Source: Candidatus Aminicenantes bacterium
Lineage (GTDB): Bacteria > Acidobacteriota > Aminicenantia > Aminicenantales > JAFGBC01
NCBI GenBank assembly: GCA_963702005.1
Contig: OY969696.1
Location: forward strand, 4,192,001 to 4,256,000
Direction: 5' to 3'
Length of the DNA stretch: 64,000 bases
Both the position numbers and the translations under genes were made by a program. Positions 48,726-59,131 of the stretch are shown here, piece by piece (positions within the stretch are counted from its first letter, which is position 1; each line of letters begins with the position of its first letter). The notes below the pieces were generated by a model. The model was not told where the DNA came from, ran no database searches, and worked only from the letters and a program-made list of their open reading frames with translations.

Positions 48726-48754
48726 TTGACAAAGGGACCCGTCTCGGTTAGTAT
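48726..48754 (+). promoter_or_regulatory. Sigma70 promoter of ispH-rpsA
   Basis: TTGACA-17 bp-TAGTAT. Confidence 0.6.
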
Positions 48755-48780
48755 TAATCACTATTCCCTAAGACTCGAAT

Positions 48781-49659
48781 ATGGAAATCGTCATCGCTAA
48801 AAATAGCGGACTCTGTTACGGCGTCAAGCGGGCTTTGACGATCGCGCGACGGACGCGGCGCGCCCGCCGGGGATCGGTTACAACCCTGGGCGACCTCGTC
48901 CATAACCCGCGGATCGGCGACGATCTTCGCGCCCAAGGCATCGGGTCGGCCGAAGACCCGGCCTCCATCGAGGCCGGAACGGTCATCATCCGCAGCCACG
49001 GGGTCGCGCCCGATGTCGAGCGGGCCCTCCGGGCCCGAAAGCTCCGCGTCGTCGACGCGACCTGTCCCATCGTCAAGAGTATCCAGCGGAAGGTCGCCGC
49101 GCTGGCCCGGACGCGACAGGAAATCGTCATCGTCGGAAATCCGGCCCACCCCGAAATCCGCGGCCTGGTCGGCTACAGTAGAGGCCGGGCTATAATCGTC
49201 GAGAACGCCGCCCGGGCCCGGACCCTGCCGGCCCGGAAGCGGCGAACCATCCTGGCCCAATCGACCCAAGATGAGGGATTGTTCGGAGAAGTCGTGGCGG
49301 CACTCCTGGAGCGGACCGAGGAGCTCCGCGTCCACAACACGATCTGCCGCTCGACCCAGACCCGGCAGCGCTCGACCTCCGAGCTGGCCGCCCGGGTCGA
49401 CGCCCTGTTCATCGTCGGGGGACGGACGAGCTCCAACACGAACAAGCTCTACGAGATCTCGCGCCGGATCCTGCCCTCGACCTATTTCGTCGAAAGCGCC
49501 GGCGAAATCGCCCCGGCCATGCTCCGCCGCGTCCGCCGGGTCGGAATCTCGGGAGGCGCCTCGACCCCGCCCGAAGCGATTCGGGAAGCCGTCGCCAGGA
49601 TCCGGACCAGCACCCCGGAATCATTCCAAAGGGAGACGAAAAGGCCATGTCAGATGTAA
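48781..49659 (+). CDS. ispH: 4-hydroxy-3-methylbut-2-enyl diphosphate reductase
   Basis: GLCYGVKRA, VHNP, SHG, DATCP, HPE, TIC, SSNT, GASTP. Confidence 0.95.
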   Translation: MEIVIAKNSGLCYGVKRALTIARRTRRARRGSVTTLGDLVHNPRIGDDLRAQGIGSAEDPASIEAGTVIIRSHGVAPDVERALRARKLRVVDATCPIVKSIQRKVAALARTRQEIVIVGNPAHPEIRGLVGYSRGRAIIVENAARARTLPARKRRTILAQSTQDEGLFGEVVAALLERTEELRVHNTICRSTQTRQRSTSELAARVDALFIVGGRTSSNTNKLYEISRRILPSTYFVESAGEIAPAMLRRVRRVGISGGASTPPEAIREAVARIRTSTPESFQRETKRPCQM

Positions 49660-51482
49660 CCAACCACCCCGACAAGCCCGATAAGGACGAGAAGATCACC
49701 TCCGAGGATTACGCGGACCTCCTCGACCAGTACCAGTTCAGCACCAAGGAGATCTCCTACGGAAAGATCATCAAGGGCCGAGTCATCAAGATCACGCCGA
49801 CCCATGTCCTGGTCGATATCGGATTCAAGTCCGAGGGCATCATCCCGATCGAGGAATTCGGCGGCACCCCGGCCGGTGTCCCTTTCAAGCCGGGCGACGA
49901 AGTCCAGGCCATGGTTGAGCGGACCGACGCCAAGCAAGGCGCCCTCATCCTGTCCAAGAAGCACGCCGACGCCGTCCGGGCCGTCGACACCCTGGAGAAG
50001 GCCTTCTCCCACCAGACCTGGATCACGGGCCGCGTCAAGGAAAGAACCAAGAACGGCTATACCGTCGATGTCGGAATCGACGCTTTTCTGCCCGCCTCCC
50101 ACGCCGACCTGCGGATCGTCAAGGAGCCGGACAAGCTCATCGGCCAGATCTACAAGTTCAAGGTCATCAAGTTCGACCGGAAGACCGAGAACGCCGTCCT
50201 GTCCCGGAAACTCTACCTCCAGGAGGAACGGGAGAAGAAGCGGCGGCGCATTTTCGCCTCCCTGGCCAGGGGTCAGAAGATCAAGGGCCATGTCCGGTCC
50301 CTGACGAACTTCGGGGCTTTCGTCGACATCGGGGGGGTCGAAGGCCTCCTCCACGTCTCCGATTTATCCTGGGGCAAGGTCGACCATCCCTCCGAGGTCG
50401 TCAAGGTCGGCCAAGAGATCGATGTCGTCGTCCTCGACTTCAACGAGAAGGACGAAAAGATCTCCCTGGGATTCAAGCAGCTGACGCCCGATCCCTGGTC
50501 GAACGTCCAGGACAAGTACCGGTCCGGCCAGCGGCTCCAGGGCAAGGTCGTCAGCCTGACCGATTTCGGCGCCTTTATCGAGCTCGAAAAGGGCGTCGAG
50601 GGCCTCGTCCACATCTCTGACCTGAGCTGGTCCCGCAAGCACATCCATCCCAAGAAGCTCCTCAGCCTGGGCCAGGAGGTCGAAGTCTCGGTCCTCGACG
50701 TCAACTCCGAGTCCAAGAGGATCTCGCTCGGGATCAAGCAGCTCTTCCCGCACCCGATGGAGATCTTCAAGGAGAAGTACGCCGTCGGCTCCCGCGTCAA
50801 GGGCTTGGTGACCAGCCTCACCGACTTCGGCGCCTTCGTCGAGGTCGAGAAGGGGATCGAGGGCCTCGTCCACGTCTCGGACATCTCCTGGGAAAAGGTC
50901 AAGCATCCCTCGGACGTCCTCCAGGTCGGGCAGGAGACGGAGGCCGTCATCCTGGCCATCGACGTCGACAAGCAAAAGGTCTCGCTGGGCATCAAGCAGC
51001 TCCAGGGGGACGTCTGGGAGGATTTCTTCGCCCGCCAGAAGCTCGGCGACCTGGTCAAGGTCAAGGTCGTCCGGATCACGGACTTCGGCCTGTTCGTCGA
51101 GATCCTGCCCGGGATCGAGGGCGTCGTCTTTCTGTCCGAGCTGGACGAGAAAAAAATCGACGTCCCCTCCGAAGCTTTCAAGGTCGGCGACGAACGGACG
51201 GCCAAGATCCTCAAGATGAGCCAGAAAGACAAGAAGATCTCGCTGAGTTTCCGGCAAGCTCAAACCGACCTCCATAAGCAGGAGTATCAACGCTACCTCG
51301 AAAGCCAGGACAACCGTATGACCCTGGGCGATCTGATGAAGGACCAGCTCGCGAAGCTGGTGACCGTCCCCAAGCGGGAGGCCAAGCCCCCCGACAAAGA
51401 CGCCGGGGACCGGAAGGAGGCCCCGGCCTCGGTCGAAACTCCGAAGAAGGATCAGGAGGGAAAGGAGGGGTCCCATGATTAA
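49647..51482 (+). CDS. rpsA: 30S ribosomal protein S1
   Basis: Multiple S1 repeats (FGAFV...EGLVHISDLSW...ISLG). Confidence 0.96.
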   Translation: MSDVTNHPDKPDKDEKITSEDYADLLDQYQFSTKEISYGKIIKGRVIKITPTHVLVDIGFKSEGIIPIEEFGGTPAGVPFKPGDEVQAMVERTDAKQGALILSKKHADAVRAVDTLEKAFSHQTWITGRVKERTKNGYTVDVGIDAFLPASHADLRIVKEPDKLIGQIYKFKVIKFDRKTENAVLSRKLYLQEEREKKRRRIFASLARGQKIKGHVRSLTNFGAFVDIGGVEGLLHVSDLSWGKVDHPSEVVKVGQEIDVVVLDFNEKDEKISLGFKQLTPDPWSNVQDKYRSGQRLQGKVVSLTDFGAFIELEKGVEGLVHISDLSWSRKHIHPKKLLSLGQEVEVSVLDVNSESKRISLGIKQLFPHPMEIFKEKYAVGSRVKGLVTSLTDFGAFVEVEKGIEGLVHVSDISWEKVKHPSDVLQVGQETEAVILAIDVDKQKVSLGIKQLQGDVWEDFFARQKLGDLVKVKVVRITDFGLFVEILPGIEGVVFLSELDEKKIDVPSEAFKVGDERTAKILKMSQKDKKISLSFRQAQTDLHKQEYQRYLESQDNRMTLGDLMKDQLAKLVTVPKREAKPPDKDAGDRKEAPASVETPKKDQEGKEGSHD

Positions 51483-51753
51483 GGCCGACTTGATCACCGC
51501 CATCGCCAAGAAGCTCGACGTCTCCAAGCAGGAGGCCGAATCGGGCGTCAACCTTTTCTTTGACACGATAAAGGACGCTATCCTGAGGGGGGAGGAAATC
51601 GAAATCCGGGGATTCGGCAGCTTCCGCTTCCGGAACCGGACCTCGCGTTCCGGCCGTAACCCGCGAACCGGAAAGCCGGTTAAAGTCCCCCCCAAGAAGG
51701 TCCTGTATTTCAAGCCGTCCAAGCTCCTCAAGGAGTTGATCAACAAATCGTGA
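51475..51753 (+). CDS. HU/IHF-family DNA-binding protein
   Basis: IEIRGFGSF, GRNPRTG, FKPSKLLKE. Confidence 0.93.
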   Translation: MIKADLITAIAKKLDVSKQEAESGVNLFFDTIKDAILRGEEIEIRGFGSFRFRNRTSRSGRNPRTGKPVKVPPKKVLYFKPSKLLKELINKS

Positions 51754-52259
51754 GGCCTTCCTTCATTACGGCGCCCTGGCGGGGACATTACGTCCGGAAT
51801 GCCCTGCAAATGAAAAATTGCATTTTTTGTCTGGCCCTGCGCGAAAAGAACGACCGGAAGGCCCTCATCCTTCACCGGGGACGGCGCAACTTCATCATGC
51901 TCAACCGCTTTCCCTATACGGTCGGCCACCTGATGATCGCGCCCTTCCGCCACACGGCCGATTTCGGACGGGTCCCCAAGGCCGTCAGCGACGAGATGAC
52001 CGACCTTCTCAAGCTCAGCGTCCGGATCTTCGGAAAGCGGGACAAGCCCCACGGCTTCAACATCGGCCTGAACCTCGGCGTCTGCGCCGGAGCCGGGGTC
52101 GCCGACCACTTCCACGTCCACATCGTCCCCCGCTGGCCGGGCGACGCTAATTTCATGCCCGTCATCGGGGAGACCAAGGTCATCATCGAGGACCTGGACG
52201 CGACCTACGACCGCCTCCTCCCCCTCTTCCGGCGGGCGAAATCATCCTCAACGAGGTGA
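51750..52259 (+). CDS. HIT-family hydrolase (Ap4A phosphorylase-like)
   Basis: CIFC, NRFPY..GHLM, HFHVHIVPRW. Confidence 0.9.
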   Translation: MRPSFITAPWRGHYVRNALQMKNCIFCLALREKNDRKALILHRGRRNFIMLNRFPYTVGHLMIAPFRHTADFGRVPKAVSDEMTDLLKLSVRIFGKRDKPHGFNIGLNLGVCAGAGVADHFHVHIVPRWPGDANFMPVIGETKVIIEDLDATYDRLLPLFRRAKSSSTR

Positions 52260-52263
52260 GACT

Positions 52264-54198
52264 ATGCTCAAATCCATGCGTCGCAACGTCAAATCGCTGA
52301 AACCGACCTTGTGGATCGTCATCGGGACATTTATCGTCGCCATCTTCGCGGTCTGGGGCGGCGCCAGCCGGCTGGGCGAGCAGGGGGGGAGCGGCACGCT
52401 GGTTTTCATAGGAAGGCAGCGGATCTCTCAGGAGGCTTACACGGCCGCCTTTCGCCAGCGGATCGAAGCCATGCGCAAGCAGTACCCGGACCTCAAGAAG
52501 ACCCTCATCCAGCAGCTCAATCTCCCCCAACAGACTCTTGAGGAAATGGTGACCCAGACCCTCCTCCTCGAACTGGCCAAGGACATGAACCTGGCCGCGA
52601 CCGACGCCGAGATCCGGGATAGGATCGTCAGCTACCCCGTCTTCCAGCGGGACGGCCAATTCATCGGGTTCGACGAATACAGACGGATCCTGAACTGGAA
52701 CCGGATTTCGATTTCCGACTTCGAGAACAACCTCCGGACCGAGGTCCTGCTGACTAAGGTCGTCCAGGTCCTTACGGCCGGGGTCGCGGTGACCCCGGAC
52801 GAAATCTGGGACAATTACCGGAAAGAGAACGAAACGGCCAAAGTCGAGTATCTGGTCCTCGAGAAAGACAAGGTCGCCCTCGAAACGCAGCCCGGCGAGG
52901 CCGAGCTCCAGGCTTATTTCGAGAAGAACAAGGCTTCCTTCCATGTCCCCGAGAAACGGGAGGCCGACCTAGTCGTCCTGTCCGCGGACGACCTCAAGAA
53001 GGAGGTCAAGGTCAGCGACGCCGATATCGCGTCCTACTATAAGGACAACAACGCCCAGTTCAAGACGCCGGCGACGACCCGGGTCAGCCGGATCTGGTTC
53101 CCCTTTGAGAGCCGGGACAAGGCCCTCGTCCGGGCCGAGGCCCAAAGCGTCCTCGACCGGCTGGCCGGGGGCGAGGATTTCGCCGTCCTCGCCAAGAAGT
53201 TCTCCAAGGACGCTAAGGCCGCCGAAGGGGGCGACTGGGGGGCCACCGAGTGGCGCTCCCTCCCCTCGGCCGAGCAGGACGCGGTCGCCAAGCTCGACAC
53301 CGGGAAGCTCTCGGGACTGGTCGAGTCCGAGGGCGGCCTGGCCGTCCTCAAGGTCACCGAGAAGACGGTCGAGGCCAGCCAGTCTCTGGACGAGGTTAAA
53401 ACCCGGATCCGGACCATCCTCGAGGACGAGAAAGCCCGGACCCTGGCCGACCAGCGGATCGCCGATCTCGCCAAACGGGCGCGCCGGGAAAAGAGCCTCG
53501 ACGTCGCCGCCCAGCGCCTGAGCCTCAAGCCGCGTAAAACGGGCCCTCTCAAGGCCGGCCAAGCCCTCGAGGAGATCGACCCGTCCGGCTCGATCAGCGG
53601 CGCCTTGTTCAACCTCAAGGAGAAGGATATCTCGGAGCCCATCTACACTTACAACGGGGTCGCTCTTGTTCAGCTGCAACGGATCGCGCCCTCCCACGCC
53701 GGCTCCTTCGCCGAGGTCAAGGACGATGTCAGCCAGGCAATGACCCTCGAGCGCAAGAAGGAGCGGATCCGGGAGCGGATCAACGCCCTCCGGGCCCGGC
53801 TCCTGGCCGAGACCAAGAAGAGCTGGGAGGACATCGCCAAGGACGAGGGGCTCGAGTTCAAAACGATCAACGAGCACAAGCGCGAGCAGTACGTCGGGAC
53901 GATCGGCGAGAACGCCCGTTTCGACGCCAGCGCCTTCAGCCTTCCCCTTCGGACGGTCAGCGAACCGATCGAGTACGAGAACGGCTACGCCCTTCTCCGG
54001 GTTCTCGAGCGCAAGGAGATCAGCCGGACCGACTTGGACAAAGTCCAGGCCGCCGAGCGCGGCAAGCTCCTCGAGGCCAAGAAGAACAAGTTCCTCCAGT
54101 CGTTCCTGGCCAAGGCCCGCGAGGAAAAGAAAGTCAGGATCAAATACGACCTCTTCCTCAAGCTCAACTCCGACCTGCTCGCCCGCTTCAGCGACTAG
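52264..54198 (+). CDS. PpiD/SurA-N-domain peptidyl-prolyl isomerase
   Basis: N-terminal TM, SurA_N domain, rotamase GEDFAVLAKKFSKD...GGDWG. Confidence 0.85.
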   Translation: MLKSMRRNVKSLKPTLWIVIGTFIVAIFAVWGGASRLGEQGGSGTLVFIGRQRISQEAYTAAFRQRIEAMRKQYPDLKKTLIQQLNLPQQTLEEMVTQTLLLELAKDMNLAATDAEIRDRIVSYPVFQRDGQFIGFDEYRRILNWNRISISDFENNLRTEVLLTKVVQVLTAGVAVTPDEIWDNYRKENETAKVEYLVLEKDKVALETQPGEAELQAYFEKNKASFHVPEKREADLVVLSADDLKKEVKVSDADIASYYKDNNAQFKTPATTRVSRIWFPFESRDKALVRAEAQSVLDRLAGGEDFAVLAKKFSKDAKAAEGGDWGATEWRSLPSAEQDAVAKLDTGKLSGLVESEGGLAVLKVTEKTVEASQSLDEVKTRIRTILEDEKARTLADQRIADLAKRARREKSLDVAAQRLSLKPRKTGPLKAGQALEEIDPSGSISGALFNLKEKDISEPIYTYNGVALVQLQRIAPSHAGSFAEVKDDVSQAMTLERKKERIRERINALRARLLAETKKSWEDIAKDEGLEFKTINEHKREQYVGTIGENARFDASAFSLPLRTVSEPIEYENGYALLRVLERKEISRTDLDKVQAAERGKLLEAKKNKFLQSFLAKAREEKKVRIKYDLFLKLNSDLLARFSD

Positions 54199-54225
54199 CG
54201 CCGGAGGCGGGGGAGAAAGAACCTC

Positions 54226-55167
54226 ATGAACAAGCTCCGGCGTGCGGCCGAGAAGGCCGTCAGCCAATCCCTCAAGCTCCGGGCCAAGGATCATTTCCTG
54301 CTCGTCACCGACAAACACAAGATGGATATCGCCGAGGCCCTGGCTTTTTGGGCCAAGAAGGCGGGCGCCGAGACGACGACCTACCTGATGACCGAGACGC
54401 TGCGGCCGATCAAGGCGCCAACCCGGCTCTTTCAGGAGATGATCAAGCGGGCGACGGCCGTCGCCTACCTTCTCGACGCCCGGATCGAGGAGAAGCCCTT
54501 CCGCGGCTACATGGTCGGGATGGGCATGAAGCTCGGCCGGATCTGCATGATGCCCGGCCTGACCCGGGACATGATGGAGCGGCTCGTCGACATCGACTTC
54601 GAGGCCATGGACCTCTTCACCCGGCGCGTCATGGCGGCCCTCCGGGACGCCGACGACGTCGTCATCGAGAACCCCGAGGGGACCCGGATCGCCTTCAGCG
54701 TCAAGGGCCGCGACTGGCACAACGACAACGGCGATATCTCCCGCAAAGGCAAGCACGGGAATCTGCCGGCCGGGGAATGCTACACGGCGCCGGTCGAGGA
54801 GACTTTCACGGGCCGGATCGTCATCTCCCTGATTGACGACAAGATCGGCCGCGGCGTCATGGAGTTCAAAAAGGGACGGCTCGTCAAGTGGAGCGGCAAG
54901 GGGGTCGAAGCCATCGTTAGGAACATCGGGAAAGACCCGACCGGGTTCATCATCGGCGAGTTCGGGATCGGGACGAACCGGGGGGCCCGGATCTCGCCCA
55001 ACATGCTCGAGGCCGAGAAGGCGTTCGGCACGGTCCACTTCGCGATCGGCGACTCCTACGGCATCGGCAAGAACAAGTCCAAGCACCACTACGACGCCCT
55101 GGTCGGCAAGGTCACGATCCGGGCCGGGGGGAAGACGATCGCCAAGGACGGCCGGTTTTTAATTTAG
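54226..55167 (+). CDS. M29-like (thermophilic metallo) aminopeptidase
   Basis: NLPAGE, GEFGIGTN, EKAFGTVHFAIG, HYD. Confidence 0.85.
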   Translation: MNKLRRAAEKAVSQSLKLRAKDHFLLVTDKHKMDIAEALAFWAKKAGAETTTYLMTETLRPIKAPTRLFQEMIKRATAVAYLLDARIEEKPFRGYMVGMGMKLGRICMMPGLTRDMMERLVDIDFEAMDLFTRRVMAALRDADDVVIENPEGTRIAFSVKGRDWHNDNGDISRKGKHGNLPAGECYTAPVEETFTGRIVISLIDDKIGRGVMEFKKGRLVKWSGKGVEAIVRNIGKDPTGFIIGEFGIGTNRGARISPNMLEAEKAFGTVHFAIGDSYGIGKNKSKHHYDALVGKVTIRAGGKTIAKDGRFLI

Positions 55168-55212
55168 AAAAGGCTTTGATAGCGGTTGGGCGACTGTCCC
55201 ATCTTCCTCGGA

Positions 55213-55267
55213 CAGGCTCAGCCGACGAGGCATCTAGTACTCAGAGCTTCCCTGAGTATGGGGGTCG
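55213..55267 (+). repeat. 55-bp hairpin repeat, copy 2
   Basis: Matches the reverse complement of 24538-24592 and ends 8 bp before the next ATG. Confidence 0.8.
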
Positions 55268-55274
55268 AAGGTTC

Positions 55275-57242
55275 ATGAAACCTTCTTTTAGGGCCTTATT
55301 CTGCATCGCAATCCTGAGCTTGAATTTTCTCTCGGCTCAACACGAAGTCACGGTGACTCTGAAATTGGCCCAAGTTTATGTCCTGGATAAGTCCGGAAAC
55401 GCGGTCGCCGATTTGACCAAAGCCGACTTTGAGCTTTATGACAACGGCCAAGCCAAGCCCATTACGGATTTCGAAAAACACGAGTTGTCCTTGGGTCAAA
55501 TTCCGCAAGTCCCGCAACCTTCGCTTTCATCCCCGTCTGTTTCGAAAATGAACCGGAAGTTCTTCCTGTTCTTCGATTTTGCCTTCAACAACAGGGCGGG
55601 GATCTCGAAATCGAGGACGGCCGCGTTGAATTTTCTCGATACCCAGGTCCGTCCCGGAGACGAAGTCGGGGTAATATCGTTTTCGGCGAGAAAGGGATTG
55701 ACTCTTCACGAATATCTGACATCCGACCACGCAAGAATCCGCCAGGTCGTCGAGGGTCTGGGGTCCAATAAATTCCTGGGGAGAGCCTGGGGTCTCGAAA
55801 GCGAATGGCTCAAGGACCATATAAAATTGGATGAAGCCCTTGGCATGGGCGGGAATGAGGGAATGACAAATAGAATCGCTGAAGCTGAACAATCGGCTTT
55901 AAAGAAAGAAGCCATCGGCTTTGCCTCTCAGATTTCCGATCTGGCCAAGGCCCTCCGAAATATGCCCGGCATAAAAAACATTATTCTGTTCTCCTCCGGA
56001 ATTCCGAATTACGCACTATACGGGGGGGGAAACTACAGGGACGAAACGGGAAGCCAATGGGGGGATACCACATTGCGCGACCGTTACAACGGAATGTGCA
56101 AGGAATTGGCGGGCTCCAACAGCGCCGTCTATGCCGTCAACGTCTCCAGCGCCGGGTCCGCGCCTTTCGATGAAAGGGACCTGAAGGGTGATGGAGCGCT
56201 CCGCCAACTGGCTAGGGAATCGGGCGGCAAGTATTTCGATAACATCAACAGCTATGAGACGATCAACCGGACCATTCAAAAGGTGACCGGGACATACTAT
56301 GTACTCGGGTGCTATATCGATGAAAAGTGGGATGGCCGTTTCCACAGCGTCCGGGTCGAGGTCAAGCGGAAAGGCTGCTCCGTCTTCGGCCAGCAAGGAT
56401 ATTTCAATCCGAAGCCTTTTTCCGAGTATTCGGAAAACGAAAAGCTCCTTCATATGATCGACCTGGCCTTGGCCGAGAACCCCCTGCTCCAGGCCCCTGC
56501 TGAAGCTCCGCTGACCGCCCTGCCGATTATGGCCGGCGGGAAGTCGGGTCTCGTAGCCTTCCTCGGTATTCCGCGTCAGCTTGGGGCGAATGCTCTGGCG
56601 AACAACGCCGAAGCCCTTTGCCTGATTTTTGACGAGAAAGGAGATGCCGAGTCCATCGTCCCGCTGAAAGTCGCGGCCCACAATCTGGAAAAAGATATGA
56701 CCCTGCTTGTCTTTGTCGCTCCGGCACGGCCGGGCCGCGTCGTCTGTAGAATAGTCCTCTGCAACATGGAGACCGGATATGGGGTCAGGGGATCCCAGAC
56801 GATCACTATCCTGGAAGCTCGCGATGCGACCCTTTGGCTCGATCCGCCTCTCATCCTAGCCAATCGAAGCGTCGAGGAGATTTGCGCTCCGCCCCAGGCG
56901 TCGCTAGCAAACATATATGCTTATGACGCGAAAGAATATTCTCCCTTGCTTGAGGATCTGCCCGCCGGGACGAAGATATTACGAGCGGCCCTTCGGGTTA
57001 CATCACTTAGGTCGAATCCCGAGATCGAGCTGACGGCGCAGCTCAGGGAGGCGGGCGGGACGAGTCCGTGGCCGGTTCCCGTGGCCATCCTCAAAGAATT
57101 CACGGATGGTCTGACGAAGAAGCTCCTAATCGATTTGGCTCCGGGCGATCTCAAGCCCGGCCACTACTCGCTCTCCCTGATCGCCAAGGAAAAGGGCGGC
57201 CCGACAATTGCCCAGACGACCGTCGAGATAGCAGTAAAATAG
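55275..57242 (+). CDS. Secreted VWA-domain protein (VWFA-related acidobacterial type)
   Basis: Signal peptide, V.DKSGNAVADLTKADFELYDNG, KNIILFSSG, LARESGG, YYVLG...DGRFHSVRVEVKR. Confidence 0.8.
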   Translation: MKPSFRALFCIAILSLNFLSAQHEVTVTLKLAQVYVLDKSGNAVADLTKADFELYDNGQAKPITDFEKHELSLGQIPQVPQPSLSSPSVSKMNRKFFLFFDFAFNNRAGISKSRTAALNFLDTQVRPGDEVGVISFSARKGLTLHEYLTSDHARIRQVVEGLGSNKFLGRAWGLESEWLKDHIKLDEALGMGGNEGMTNRIAEAEQSALKKEAIGFASQISDLAKALRNMPGIKNIILFSSGIPNYALYGGGNYRDETGSQWGDTTLRDRYNGMCKELAGSNSAVYAVNVSSAGSAPFDERDLKGDGALRQLARESGGKYFDNINSYETINRTIQKVTGTYYVLGCYIDEKWDGRFHSVRVEVKRKGCSVFGQQGYFNPKPFSEYSENEKLLHMIDLALAENPLLQAPAEAPLTALPIMAGGKSGLVAFLGIPRQLGANALANNAEALCLIFDEKGDAESIVPLKVAAHNLEKDMTLLVFVAPARPGRVVCRIVLCNMETGYGVRGSQTITILEARDATLWLDPPLILANRSVEEICAPPQASLANIYAYDAKEYSPLLEDLPAGTKILRAALRVTSLRSNPEIELTAQLREAGGTSPWPVPVAILKEFTDGLTKKLLIDLAPGDLKPGHYSLSLIAKEKGGPTIAQTTVEIAVK

Positions 57243-57256
57243 ATAGAAGAACGAAG

Positions 57257-57949
57257 ATGAGCTATTACAAAGAAGGGCTCGCCGGCGAACGGCTTAGGCG
57301 GGTCTACGAGATCGCGCCACCTCGAATCCGGCAATATCTGGACGCGGAAGTCGCCTTCGTCCTGGATAATATCCGTCCCGGAGACGCCGTCCTCGAGCTC
57401 GGCTGCGGCTACGGCCGGATTATGGGCCCAGTCGCCGAAAAAGCGCGGCTCGTCATAGGCATCGACCTGTCCTTGGCGAGCCTGCGCTTCGCGAAGCCTC
57501 TCCTGGCGGCAAATCCCAAGTGCGGGCTGGCCGCCATGGACGCCCGCCGCCTGGGTTTCCGGGACGGCGCCTTCGACGCCGTCCTCTGCATCCAGAACGG
57601 GATCTCCGCCTTTAAGATCGATCCCCCGGCGCTGATGGGGGAAAGCCTCCGGGTCGTCCGGTCCGGAGGCACGGCCTTCTTCTCGAGCTATGCGGACCGA
57701 TTTTGGAAGGACCGCCTGGAATGGTTCCGGCTCCAGGCCGCGGCCGGACTCGTCGGCGAAATTGATGAAGAAAAAACGGGAAACGGCGTCATCGTCTGCA
57801 AGGACGGCTTCACGGCCAGGACATTCCGGCCGGCGGATTTCCTGTCTCTCGCCCGGACGCTCGGGGTCGAAGCGCGCATCGAAGAGGTCGACGGCTCGAG
57901 CCTATTCTGCTCCGTCACGCCTCCCGCTCGAGATCCCCGAGCGTATTGA
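57257..57949 (+). CDS. Class I SAM-dependent methyltransferase
   Basis: VLELGCGYGR, GIDLS, FDAVLC. Confidence 0.88.
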   Translation: MSYYKEGLAGERLRRVYEIAPPRIRQYLDAEVAFVLDNIRPGDAVLELGCGYGRIMGPVAEKARLVIGIDLSLASLRFAKPLLAANPKCGLAAMDARRLGFRDGAFDAVLCIQNGISAFKIDPPALMGESLRVVRSGGTAFFSSYADRFWKDRLEWFRLQAAAGLVGEIDEEKTGNGVIVCKDGFTARTFRPADFLSLARTLGVEARIEEVDGSSLFCSVTPPARDPRAY

Positions 57950-58628
57950 TGCCGAGGATGAGCCTCGGGTCTCCGACCCGGAAAGCTTCGACCCGGCGCC
58001 CGCGCCGAGCCAGGACTTCGACGATGTCGGTCAGATAAAACTCCCGCTTGGCGTTGTCGTTGCCGATCGCGGATAAAAGCGGCATGACGACCCCGGCTTT
58101 GAAAACGTAGTGGGAGGTGCACGTCTCGTTAATCGCCTTGACCTCGGGCGTCGCGTCCCACTCCTCGATGATCCGCAGGATGCGTCCCGCTTCGTCGCGC
58201 ACGACTCGTCCGTAGTGGGGGGGCCTGTCCCAGACGACGGTCGCCAGCGTCGCGTCGGCGCCCGAGGCGCGATGCGCGGAGAGGAGCCCGCCCAGAAAAT
58301 CCGGCGTCACGAACGGCGCGTCGCCCGGCAGGACGAGGAGGTCGCCGTCGAAATCCCGGAGGAGCGGTTTCGCCGCCATAAGCGCATGGGCTGTTCCAAG
58401 TTGCTCATTTTGAATGACATACTCGATTTCGGGTCCCAGCGCGGCTTCGACTTCTGCGGCCTTATGGCCGATGACCATTATGATGCGCGGGATCATGGCG
58501 CCCCGGCAGGCCTCGATGACATAACGGACCATGGGCTTTCCACGGAAGGGAACGAGGACCTTGGCCGTGTCCGTCTTCATCCGGGTTCCCCTCCCGGCCG
58601 CCAGGATGACCGCCGCCGTTCCCCTCAT
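57915..58628 (-). CDS. Nucleotidyltransferase (GlmU N-terminal domain only)
   Basis: ILAAGRGTRMK, QNEQLGTAHA, GDAP, YGRVVR, NDNAKREFYLTD; no acetyltransferase beta-helix. Confidence 0.85.
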   Translation of the reverse strand: MRGTAAVILAAGRGTRMKTDTAKVLVPFRGKPMVRYVIEACRGAMIPRIIMVIGHKAAEVEAALGPEIEYVIQNEQLGTAHALMAAKPLLRDFDGDLLVLPGDAPFVTPDFLGGLLSAHRASGADATLATVVWDRPPHYGRVVRDEAGRILRIIEEWDATPEVKAINETCTSHYVFKAGVVMPLLSAIGNDNAKREFYLTDIVEVLARRGRRVEAFRVGDPRLILGINTLGDLEREA

Positions 58629-58969
58629 GGGTTCGGGACCTCGCCGCCGGGCGGAACCGGGGCCTTCAAAAAAACAATCGTCGCGCCCCATCCGCCCCGC
58701 CCCTCGTCGGCGGTCCGGAATCCCGCGACCTCGGGCATCCGCTCCAAGACAGCCTGAACGGTCCGGCGCAAGACGCCCATCCCCTTGCCGTGAATGAGGC
58801 GGACCTCGAGGATGCCTCGCTTCCGGCACTCGGCCAGGTAGTCCGGCACGATGTCCTTGACCTTGGCCGGCTTCACGGTGTGCAGGTCGAGCACGCCTTC
58901 GATCGGGATGGCCACCGGCTCGAGGCTCTCGATGTCGTCCGGGATGCCGTCGTCTCGGCCTTCCGTCAT
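58625..58969 (-). CDS. Smr/MutS2-domain protein
   Basis: LDLH, IHGKGMGVLR, GGWGATIV. Confidence 0.9.
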   Translation of the reverse strand: MTEGRDDGIPDDIESLEPVAIPIEGVLDLHTVKPAKVKDIVPDYLAECRKRGILEVRLIHGKGMGVLRRTVQAVLERMPEVAGFRTADEGRGGWGATIVFLKAPVPPGGEVPNP

Positions 58970-59131
58970 GATCCCATGCTATCCCAACCTGCCCTGCGCT
59001 ATCAATCCCCAGGTTAAGTATCTCCAACTAGTGATATCGAGGTAAAGGCTTTAAAAAAGGAAGACGGGAGCCCCAGGAATATCCGGTATTGCATCTCGCG
59101 TTTTTTTGGTAGAATACCCAGGCGAGACGTC